Positions 1 to 12,161 of a stretch of 64,000 nucleotides of DNA are shown here, piece by piece; the first letter of the stretch is position 1, and each line of letters begins with the position of its first letter. The position numbers and the translations under genes are program-made. The notes below the pieces were generated by a model. It was not told the DNA's origin, ran no database searches, and saw nothing but the letters and a program-made list of their open reading frames with translations. Origin of the DNA: Octopus sinensis (taxonomy: Eukaryota); NCBI RefSeq assembly GCF_006345805.1, contig NC_043005.1:90024001-90088000 (forward strand), given 5' to 3'.

Positions 1-49
1 CACCTAATTCTGATAGGAGGACTAATCAAACTTCTTTATCATGAATACC

Positions 50-340
50 AAATACAAGTGAATAATGCCAGTGTGATTCTAAAAACACAATCGTTTGTCC
101 TATAAGAAATCAGTGCTTAATGAAAAATATTGTGTATCAATGTAAGGTAATAAAAGGGGATCATAATTATTATTACACAGGTTCATCTACAAACAATTGG
201 AAATCTAGATTTCATAATCAGTGTCATTCAAGTATAGAAGAAAAAGTAATTCTACAAATCTTAGTAAAATCATTTGGGATTTAAAAGACAGGAACATTAA
301 GTATGATTTAAAGTGTTCCATTATTGTAAAATATTGGAAA
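50..340 (+). mobile_element. Penelope-like element GIY-YIG endonuclease remnant (degenerate)
   Basis: Frameshifted translation CP..NQCL.KNIVYQCKV...YY.GSSTNNWKSRFHN...NLSKIIWDLKD. Confidence 0.65.
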
Positions 341-1703
341 TTCTACACGTGATCTTTCTCTTGAAAACAAATGTATTATGTAATTACTTCTAAATTAACA
401 TTATCAAATTTTAATGGTAATTTTACAATGAAATATTGTCACAAATTTTGGAAGATCTTTAAATATTTCAATTCTTAATTATAATTACGTTTTGTATAAT
501 ATATAATAAGCATGATTTTTCTAAAAATGTTTAGTATATTTAGTATATAGATAACTGATTGTTGTGATGTAGGATCTCAATATTTCTGGATGACGTGACG
601 TAGAATTCATATGTTTATTTTTATTCTTTCGTTATCGACTGACGTCATCAAAGGTTTAATGCTAGTTTGGCTCTTCTTAGAATGTTATATTTCTCCTCAA
701 CGTTCTTCTAGTGTGTGTTCGTGTACCGGAGATATTTTCTCCACTTCTATTTTTTACTTGTTTTAGTCATTAGGCTGCGTCCATGCTGGGGCACCTTGAA
801 ATGTTTTTAGTCGAACAAATCAACCTCAGGACTTATCTTTTAAAAAGTCTGGTACTTATTTTATCAGTTCTTTTTTGTTGAACCATTAAGTTACAGGGAG
901 CAAACACTCTAACATTGGTTGTAAAGCGAGGATGGAGGACAAACACAAACACAAAGACACACAGACATACATACATACACACACAAATACACACATATAT
1001 ATAAGGTAGAAAATATTTTAATATTTTTCATCTTTTCTCTTTCTCTCTCTCTATCTCCCTATATACAAATATATATATACGACATGCTTCTTTCAGTTTC
1101 CATCTACCAAATTCAGTCTCAAAGCTTTGGTTGGTCTGGAGTTATGGTAAAAGACACTTGCCCAAGGTGCCACGCAGAGTGACTGAACTCGGAACCACGT
1201 GATTGGCAAGCAAGCTTCTTGCCACACAGCCACGCCTGCGCCTATTGCTCACTTTGCATTTAACTAATTTTTGGATTACCTTGGAAACGTGTTAACATGT
1301 ATTTTCAGATGTATCAGTTTGAATGATATTCCTTGTATCTAAATATGGCGATACAACAAAAATGGTCGACATCTTTCTTTGGTGAATTCAACAATTAAAG
1401 ATGTGATTTTCTCTATCCCTAATTTTGTGGTCTAATGCTCTGAATTTCTTGAAATTCATCTAAATGCTATTTAGATCTATTCGTCATCCGTAAGGAATTA
1501 CTTTCGATGTGTATTCTACTTGCATTGATTGGTGTCTGATTGCTGGATATTGTTAAACAAATTCGGTTAAAGATGGGTGATTTATTGACTTCTGCCTGGA
1601 TTTTGTTTCACCCCTTTTCTCTTCTTAATACATACATACATACATACATACATACATACATACATACATACATACATGCATGCATGCATACATACATACA
1701 TAA

Positions 1704-1735
<32 letters not shown>

Positions 1736-2159
1736 TCAACAAATAAGAAAATGGAGTTAATACAAAAAAGACATACATCAGCCGATGGACAGTCTCGTAT
1801 GTCTATTTATTCCAATGTATTAGAATGTATTAGAAGAATACATACTCATGTACTAATATTACAGAAAATAGCAAAAGATCAGACTGTCAGTGGATACTAG
1901 TTCCTTACATCCGTTTCTGTCAAGAGGCAACGAAATCCTCCATGCCATCTCTATCTTTTCAGTGTTCTGTAGTGATGGGGACACAAAGTTTGGATGATGA
2001 ATGCGTCTCTAAGCTTCTTCAAAAGGTCTAAGCGGTTGGGAGGGCTAATACATATAAGAAACAGTTAACAATAGGTACAGAAAAAGAATATGAGCAGTAT
2101 ATTGGATAAGTACTATCCCTTAGTTGGTTGGTTTCCCAACCTCTAACTCACACAGAAAT

Positions 2160-2245
<86 letters not shown>

Positions 2246-2975
2246 AATAAATCCAAACTTACAGGGAAAAATTAAATTTAGGATTAAATCCAATTTTATA
2301 GCATAAATTTATTATATTATATTATATTAAATTAGAGATAAAACCACTATTAGGCAAATCAAACAGTGAAAAACATAAGCCAAAACATAAAATTAATTTA
2401 AAAATATAAAAGTTCCGGCAACCCCGACCAAGCTTGCTTGATGAGGAGGGTGTTTATTGGACACCCTGCGGGATGAAAAACAAAACCCGTCAAAGGGCGG
2501 AGGAACTCTTGAGAGTCAACGGCAATCCGATAAATATCTTAAGGCTGTATCATGCGCGGGGACATAGAAATAATCGGACTGAATACCCGATCGCGCGGTT
2601 AAACCATTGGGAGTGAAGAACTCCTAGCCTTTGTTAGGGCATCCTTCTAGGAGAAGGTAACTCACGTAACTGGGATAACTCCGATATAAAACCTGCGGCT
2701 CAGTGGTTACCGATGATGTTGACTTGTTCTTCTCTTCGGATTATGGCTGCTGTTGTTTAGTGAGTGGGATTGACTCAGTGCACAGCCTTTCCTCACTTTA
2801 AAAAAAATCTTCTTGCACAGGCATTGCACGATAACATCAATGATTAAGCTTTGTGCAATGGCCATACTCGATAACGAGGAGGCAGCCACCATGTATGTAT
2901 GTATGTATGTATGTATGTATGTATGTATGTATGTATGTATGTATGTATGTGTATGTATGTATGTATGTATGTATG

Positions 2976-3007
<32 letters not shown>

Positions 3008-3066
3008 TGCGGAAACATATATATGTTGTCATCATTTTTCTTTTTCATCATTGTTTCAAATTCCAG

Positions 3067-3238
3067 CTGCTGAAGTCTCTTCGGCGAACAATAGAATGAA
3101 AACTACGGTTGTCGCTCACATGCTGTTTGCCGCCGGACTGCTGATCGTTTCTCTGCTGACTTACTTTGTGAGGACCTGGAAGATTTTGATAATCATAATA
3201 TCAATCCCGTCACTGGTGTTCGCTATCGTCTATGTCTG
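3067..3238 (+). CDS. SLC22 copy A exon (TM5-TM6), 172 bp
   Basis: ttccag|CT GCT GAA ... GTC TG|gtaggt; [11 protein letters not shown]...[18 protein letters not shown]. Confidence 0.9.
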
Positions 3239-3403
3239 GTAGGTATGAAGGTATGTAAGGGTGGGTGGGTGTGTGGCTGACTGGCTGGATGGATGTGTGC
3301 ATGTACATATGTGTGTATTGATGCATGTATTTATGTACGACTTGGTGTATGTATGGCTAGGTGTATGCACTGTGAGTACATGAATGTAAGGGTGCATAGA
3401 TTG

Positions 3404-3451
<48 letters not shown>

Positions 3452-4826
3452 ACGTATGTGTGAGTAGATAGATGGATGTGTGTGTGTCTGCATGTATGTA
3501 CAACTCGTCACATAGTTGGCGGCTAAACTTGCAACCCTAACAAGCTTGCTTGGGAAGGTGGGTGGGGGTAAGGTGGGGATTTATGTCGGACACCCTCCAG
3601 GATGAGAAACATAAACCCATCAAAGGGCAGTTGGGGGTGAGGAACCCTTAGTCTTTGTTTAGATATCTCTCTAGGTAAAGCAAACCTCTGATCTAACACC
3701 TGTATCTTCGTCTGAATCCAATTTTGCAGAGAAAGCATTCGTTGTTTATGGACGGGTACTTTAGGACGCTTTAAATATAGACTTCACTTGATTTTTAACA
3801 GGTGTGGCTGTGTGGTAAGAAGTTTGCTTCCCAACTGCATGGTTCTGGGTTCAGTCTCATTGTATGGCACATTCAACGAATGTCTATCTATCTCCCTATC
3901 TACCAATCTATCGATCTACCAATATCTTTATGTTTGTATGTATGTATGTATGTATGTATGTGAATATGTGTACGTATATATGTGTGTATATGCGGTTGTA
4001 TTGATGAGATTTTCCGTTTTTTATTTGCAAGTTTCCTAGACGAGTCTCCCCGATGGCTCCTCAATAAAAAGAGAACAAAAGATGCCAACTTAATTCTTAG
4101 CAACATCGCCAAACTGAATAAAACAGTTTTGCCTCAAACACAAATCGTCAACATTTCCTCATCGAACAAGAATAAAGTAGAAATCTGGAAAATGTTTACC
4201 ATTCCTCAGCTTCTAAAACGGACCTTAATTTTGATGTTAAACTGGTAAGTGATATTACATTTACCATTTTCTGTGTATTCTATATCTTTTATCGTTTACT
4301 TGTTTCTCTCATCTGACTGCGGCCATGCTGGGGCACCGCCTTGAAAATGTTTTAGTTGAATTAATTGAGCCCAGAACTTTGTTTATGCCTGGTGCTTATT
4401 CTATTGGTTTATTTTTAACCATTAAGTTATGGGGACATAAACAAACCAACACTGGTCATTAAGTAGAGGTGGGTGACAGACACATACGCAAAGACACACA
4501 TATAGCTATGTATGTACGTATATATTAATAATGTAAGCAGACTTAGTAGTTGGAAAAACCGTCTAAGGAATAAGAATATCCGTTATTACTACCTGTATAA
4601 ATTATCTGTTTACCCTGGGCATGGATATGAAAGCATACTATGATCAAAGAATACAGGCAATAACAAAATAAACAAGAGTTTTATCAGGAATCAAATTTAA
4701 ATTAAGCAGAAAATGGAGAAAATGTTTGATCAAGAAACAAATTGACTACCATCGTTGTATTAAAAAATAATAACTGAAGGTAGCCAGTTTGTTTGTTGAT
4801 CAAAAGGTTCCTTTATTTTCTGCTAA

Positions 4827-4914
<88 letters not shown>

Positions 4915-6788
4915 TGTATGTATTCATGTATATATATTAATATTTGATTAATGAGAGAAACAGAATATGGAATTTACGGGAATGTTTATTAATCACTACA
5001 GTTGTTTCGACCCGTCAAGCATTCGTCCCTTTTCGCTGGGATTCCGAGCATTAGTTTTAGGTATATCCAATGGTGTAGATGTGTCTCCTCAGCTGATTTC
5101 AATAGGTATCTCGCTAAAATAAATTCTGTTTCGCAAGATTTCTTCCTGGTCTTCGTATATAGAAATGGCAAATTAGGGGCCATCCCACATAAACATGTCT
5201 CTTGTTCTTCCATACAAACTTCCTGTTTGATCTAATTTAAAATTTAATGATAAAATTTCATGTTAATTTGTGCTCCAAACACCAGCTTAGTTATGGGTAA
5301 GTTTTTTCATTAAATTCTTCATTATTTTCAAAGTTCATTCAAATAGAATTAACGTATTTTAGCAAATACATGATAAAAGTGTTGAATCTGAATAAGCTTT
5401 CTGATGCCTATAAAAGTATGTTATCAAAGTATTAGCCACTCTTTGGCAGGTTTCTGGTCAAGCCTGTAGCAGTGGAGACTTTCGGCATTCTCAGCCCCTG
5501 GACGACATCCCTGCTCACCACTATCTGGGAGAACACCTTTTCTACTTTGTCTGCTGGGACCATGAGGCAAACTGACAAACCTTTTTAGGTATTTCTTTGC
5601 TGTGAGGAAGAGGAAGGATATGATGATTTAGGCAGGGCCCTTCATCAAATTTAGAAAACTATTTCACTAAGAATTACCGAAGGCTAACAAGTGTCAGACA
5701 ATGCAGACAAATCAGTGAATTCTGCTAATCACGAAATATTTTCTACTCCATAAACATAAACACTCACACACATAAACCAAAAATGGACACATACACATAC
5801 AAACCATCTACTCACTATTTATCCAACGCACTAAAGTTGCCCCTCAATTGGCTCTCATTGGCTAACTCTGTCTCAGCTGTTGAGTTGTCTTAGTTGTCTA
5901 TATTAGACAGTTAGTTGTATAACTTTACTTGCTGTTGGTCTCAACGTTCAAATTATCATAATTCTCTCTAAGAAATTACGCAAACATCTAACCAGGGTTT
6001 GATCAGCAATTTTTGTGCATTTTTGTACGTTATATAAACTGTTTTATTTCTTTTATATAGGGCAACTGTGAGCTTGGTATATTACGGCCTTTCTCTTAAT
6101 GTTGGCAAATTGTATGGCAATCTCTATGTGAATTTTTTTTTGAATTCGGTTGTCGAGTTTCCGGGCTATACTCTGTGCATCCTTTTGTTAAATCGTGTTG
6201 GAAGAAAAAAAATGCATGCTAGCGTCATGGTTTTGGCCGGAGTCACTTGTATCGCTGGAATATTTCCCGTCCTCTATGGCACTAAAGGTAAACAAATCAT
6301 TATTATTATCATTATTACTTTTTATCACAGGTTTTGTTGGAACTCCTGGAGTCATGCATACGTAGCGGGTTTGCTGCCTGCAGCTTACGGTACCATGGTA
6401 TGATTACCTCCGCTTAGCGAAGGTGACGGTATTGTTTTCAATCGTGTTTCTTCGTTTGTTTGTTTATTTGTCCGTGGACAAGAAATCTGAAGAACCGCTG
6501 GATGGGATTCGAATGAGACTTTCAGGGATGTTTGGTCTCGGGACTGGCATGAACTGATTAGATTTTGGGATCGATCCAGTACCGGACAAGGATTCCGGAT
6601 TATTTTTCCTGTATTTTTTCTTTTATTTATTATTTGAGAGCGGTCGGGTTCATTTTTAGTATTCTCGTTTGTGAAAGCAGTCGAGTTTATTTCAGATATT
6701 CTCATTTTAAAGATCATCTCCGGCTAATTGTTGAGAGGACGTTGATGTTGCTATGGCAGAGGTTTGCGCTCTCTGAGTGCTCTTGTTG

Positions 6789-6858
<70 letters not shown>

Positions 6859-6870
6859 TACTATTACTAT

Positions 6871-6926
<56 letters not shown>

Positions 6927-6978
6927 TTACTATTGCTATTGCTATTACTATTACTATTACTATTACTATTACTATTAC

Positions 6979-7031
<53 letters not shown>

Positions 7032-7037
7032 TTATTA

Positions 7038-7074
<37 letters not shown>

Positions 7075-10000
7075 CATCATGATCATCATTATTGAGTGAG
7101 TGAGAGAGCAGTGCCTGCCATCAAAGTGACACTGGAGTAAAATATACGAAGCCCAGTATACCCATCATGACTACCCGTCTGATAAGGGTACACCAGGCAC
7201 ATGCATCACAACCATATGTGTGCGACATGGTGATCTCATATCAAGATAAACAGCACATGACCTTGCAGGTGGGGCCCAGTTAGAATATTCTTCTGGTCGA
7301 GTAGCCCATCCCGCTCAAAAGGTCTCTGAATAAGGGTTGTTTAAGGATGTTGAAAGAACCACCCATGTTTCCAAAGGTGAATTATTCAAACCCCGAAGAA
7401 TTCCTCTCAACACATGGCTGTGATGCTCCTCCACTACTTCTGCTCGTGATCAGAGATGCACATATCGTCAGCCACTAAGGGACATGCTCAACTGGTTACG
7501 GTCAAACAACTGACAAGCAAATCTGTGGTATTGAGCAGAATATTTGTTGTAGCCCATCTTTTATACCAAGACAAAACAATGTACATGGTAATACTTCCAA
7601 TCAGTTAAGATCAAAAGCCACGAGAGCCACTGCCTGGTACTACATTGTTCATGGCTTATTATTTTTCTTATTCTATGTTTGACTTTTGCTTTATGTTTGT
7701 ACAAGCTGGCTCCAAGTCTCACCCAGAGACCTCAAGAGTCAACAGGTTGGAAGTTCACGTTGTTGTTATGCCTAGTGTGCCATATATTTGCGGGGTTTTT
7801 TTGGTGTTGTACTAGTGAATGTCTAATACATAAATTTTAATAAAACGTTTCTTTTAAACCTTGGGATTACATAGAGAGTATTTTGCGTAGGATATGAGCA
7901 GTTCCCATGAGCACTATCTTTTGAATTTCTGCCATTTTGGGGTTTCCTGGTATCTGAGTTAGGTAGCAATCATCCCCTTTCGCTATCATTCCCAGGGCAC
8001 CTATGACAACAGGTATTGTTTTAGTCTTCAGGTTCCACATTTTGCTGATTTCTATTTCAAGATCTTTATATTTGCTCAGTTTTTGGTAGGTCTTGACAGA
8101 TACGTTTATATCGATTGGGACAGTCATATCAATGAGGAGGCATGTTCTTTGTCTGAAGTCTTTCAATAAGATGTCTGGCCTATTTGCATCTATCTTTCTG
8201 TCAGTTTGAATGGTGAAGTTCCAGAGGAGTGAGATGTGGTCATTTTCAAGCACTGGAAGTAGATTGTGTTCCCACCAGTTTTTTTCATGGGACAAATCCA
8301 GGTTTTTGCAACTTACCCAGTGAATATATTGTGCAGCTCTATCATGCCTGTTGATGTACTCTGTAGGCGCTAGAAGACTGCATTTGGAGACAACGTGACC
8401 AATGGTTTCATTTTGTTGTCGGCATACACGACATGTTGGGATACTGCTGTTCTTTAATATGTTGGCCTGGTAGTTTCTTGCTGGTAGGCATTGATCTTGA
8501 GCTGCTATGATAAATCCTTCTGTTTCAGATTTTAAGCCAGAGGCCATTAGCCATTGATGGGTCATGGCTTTGTCAATATCTGCATTATTCGCTCTCTTTG
8601 GGTATTTCCCATAGAGAGGTTTTTCTTGCCATTTATTATTCAGAATATCTAAGGCCGCAGTTTTGGCACGGGTTTTCATGCGCCTAGCTTTTTCTGTGCT
8701 TGTTTCTTGTATGTCTATCTCTAATTCCGAAATTTGTTGTATTCGGAATTCCCTTAGATATTCCTTTGCCTGTTTTGTTACTGAGTATGATGCTTTCTTG
8801 TTTTTATGTTTTGAGACAAGTTTTAACATCCAGTCCTCAGACTTTTTCAGGTAGGTGTCTAGGCCAATTGTAGCAATCTTCATTGTTATTGCCAGTTTTA
8901 AAAGACCGCGGCCTCCCTCTTTTCTTGGCAGATAAAGTCGTTCTGTATCTGTATTAGGGTGGTGCATTCTATGCATTGTCAACAGTTTTCGTATTTTCCT
9001 GTCGAGCTGACATATTTCAGTAATTGACCAGTTAACGATATTGAAACTGTAAGTCACGACTGGTATGGCTAATGCATTGATCGCTTCGATCCTGTTTCTT
9101 GCATTCAGCTCTGTCTTGAGTATTGCTCTCACTCTTCGATAACATTCTCTCCTGATCCTTTCCTTCATTTCTGAATGCCTTATTCCGTTCCCTTCAATTA
9201 CCCCTAGGTACTTGTAGCTCTCCGCTGGGTCTAGTTCTTTTATAACATTCTGCTGATCAAGGTTAACGTTAGATGTTTCTGTCATTTTTCCTTTGATAAA
9301 AGTAGCTTTTGCACATTTATTGAGGCCGAATTGCATTCTGATGTCGTCACTGAATTGTTCGACTATCGCTAGTAAGCCCTTGAGTTGTTGGTCATTTTTT
9401 GCAAAAAGCTTTAAATCATCCATGTAAATGAGATGATTTATATTTTTATCAAACATTTTATACCCGTACTGCGCGTCATTGAGCAGTTTTGAGAGAGGTA
9501 TTAAGGCTAAACAAAAGAGGAGTGGTGACAGTGAGTCACCCTGGAAAATGCCACATGAAATTTTTACATCACCAGCATTTAGGGATTCATTGTCACTGTT
9601 CAGAGTTAGTGTGGTTCTCCATGATCTCATACTTACAGTGAAAAGGTTTCGCAGAGTAGGTGCTATCTTATACATTTCCAGGCATTTCCTAATCCAGCTA
9701 TGTGGTAGGCTATCAAAAGCCTTTTTATAGTCTATCCAGGCTATTGATAAGTTTTTGTGTCGTTTGTGACAATCTTCTAAGATCATCTTATTGATGAGTA
9801 GTTGATCTTTACAGCCGTAGGATCCACGTTTACATCCTTTCTGTTCATTATGGAATATGCTGCTGTCTGTTAAAAAACTATAAGTATATTCCGTCAGGAC
9901 AGATGTTAGCGTTTTATACATAGTTGTTAAGCAAGTTTTGGGTCTATAGTTTTTAGGCTCATTTGTTTCTTCACGTTTTGGAAGCAGGAATGTTAACCCA

Positions 10001-12101
10001 TTAACTAGCCAAGAAGGCATCCTACTAGGGTGTTGCAAAACATCATTGTACAGTTCTGTTAGCAGTTCATGGCTCTCTGGGAAGGCATTCAGCCAGAAGT
10101 TAGGTATTTTATCCTTTCCTGGAGACTTCCATTTGCTTGACCACCTGAGAGCAGATCTTATATCTTCTAACTTGACACCCTCCCACTTTTGCTCTTCTAA
10201 GGAGTCCAGTTCTGTAGATATTCTGTCAATCCAGGGGGCCTTTTCGTTGTGTGTTTTTTCTTCTGCCCAAATTTTATTCCAAAATCCCTGCACTTCTTCT
10301 TTTGATGGTACAGACCTTACAGTAAACGCTGTTTTTCCTATCTTCCTGTAAAAATTCTTGGGGTTATTTTTGAACATGTTGTTGTCCTTGAAAAATCTAA
10401 CACGCTTTTCATACCTCACTATGCGGGCAGCTTTGGCAGATACCTTTTGTTTGATGGTTTCTATGGTGGCATCAATATCAAGTATAGTTTTCATATTGTA
10501 TTTTTTCAGTAATTTTTGGGTTTTTGTAGGTTTGGTAGTCTTGTGAACCTTAAGGTTTTTCAAATATTCAATGTCAGATCTAAATAGTTTAATTTGTTGT
10601 TGCAAACGCTCTTGCCAAGAAGGCTTTTTGTGGGAATGTTGCCGTTTTCTAATCTTTACACTACATAGGATCGTTGAGATTTTTGTGGATGCATAGTATA
10701 GGTGGTTGAGATTTGTGATATCAACATCATTAGCTGAAATTATATCCTTAAGTGCAAGCCGGATTTTACCAATTATTTTCATGTTTTGGTTAGAGTTGCG
10801 GATTTTAGGGAGTGTATCACGTTCATCCATGCTGGTTTCTTTAATTTTCAGCCATTCAATCATGATCTGGTTTTTTAGCTCATGTAGTTTTGTTGGGTCA
10901 ATATTTGTGTGACTTTCTTTATCTATTTGATGTTCATCTGTCTTAGTGTTTATGATTGGTTCAGGGAGTATTTCACTTTGCCTATCACTTATAACTAACT
11001 CTTTCAATCCTTACTTTGTTTTTATCAGCCCTGGGCTGGTCTATAATTATTTCCTCTGTATTATCTTCTGTAGCTGCAGCTTCGTTCATTTTATCCGATA
11101 TTTCTTATCTAACTTGATCAATCTCTACTTCAGTCAGTAATTTTTTTTTATAATGTTTCTTCTGACGTTGGCAAGTTTGTTACTGTCTATGTAGGGTCTT
11201 ACTTCAGGGTGTTTCTGTCTCCAGTTTAAGTATTTTTGTACAGTGTTAGATTTATCTGTAGGGAAATATATGGCATGGTAGAAGGCAGCAAGAACTTCTT
11301 TATTATCTTCCCTAGACCATTTTTCCTTCTTTTTCTTTTGATTATTCGGTGATGAGCATGGATGGCCATCTGTTGGAATATTCCGGTTGTGGGGTACGTC
11401 CAGCTCCTGTGTGTTGGGAAGATTTGATCCAGTAGCTGATTTTTCAATCAGAATTTGGTTCAATTTTCGAGTACGTGATCTTTTGTAATCCGCGCGACGA
11501 CCAATGCGGTTTATAGTTTGATTTGTTGACATTGAAGCATGACGAGCTTCCACTCTTACATTAGGAGATGGATCTGTCAGTTTAGGGTTCTCTACACGTA
11601 AGCATTGCTCGTAGCGCAGCTTCTTAAGGCTAGCAGATCTGTATTCGTCTGTATATTTTGTTGATAGTTTTATCTCCGAATATTTTTTCCTTCTCTTCCT
11701 TTTTTCCTCTCTCTTTCTTTCTTTCTCCTTCTTCCCCTTTTTCCTTCCTTCTTTTCCCTTCCTCTTTTAAACTTAAAAGGCTCACTCTGCCTGTATTAGT
11801 TCGAAATAATGAGAATAAAATACGGAGAAAAAAAGAAAAAAAGGGATCTGTCAGTTATTATTGTTGTTACTATCACCATCCCCATCATCACCATCATCAT
11901 CATCATCAACATCACCATCACCATCATCATCATCAATGATATTGTTTTATGTGTAGTCACAGCAGTATCTTATTATTGTTTTTTTTTTTCACCATCATCA
12001 CCCCTACTGCCATTGTGTGGGGGAGTAGTTGGTTAAAGAGGTCATGTTCTATGGGTCTATAAATAGATTCAGCAGATGGTGGAGAGCCGAATAGACAAAG
12101 G

Positions 12102-12161
<60 letters not shown>

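Noticed and set aside
2243-2420. Another relative of the 492-bp unit next to (TA)n
   Set aside because: Only a short ttacaggg.aaa match; not collinear
2425-2710. HDV-like ribozyme in a LINE 5'-UTR-like repeat (related copy at 3520-3700)
   Set aside because: Could not assemble the nested double pseudoknot by eye
5840-5865. Paired ATTGG (CCAAT) boxes as a promoter
   Set aside because: Intronic, short motifs with no supporting TSS evidence
6565-7099. Poly-Tyr, poly-Ile and poly-Leu ORFs
   Set aside because: Translations of the (ATT/ACT)n microsatellite in several frames
8663-10912. Plus-strand ORFs within the retrotransposon
   Set aside because: Antisense shadows of the RT ORF; likewise at 25699-28345 and 48828-51655
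11600-11855. 5' self-cleaving ribozyme of the R4/Dong element
   Set aside because: Purine-rich low-complexity sequence with no recognisable fold
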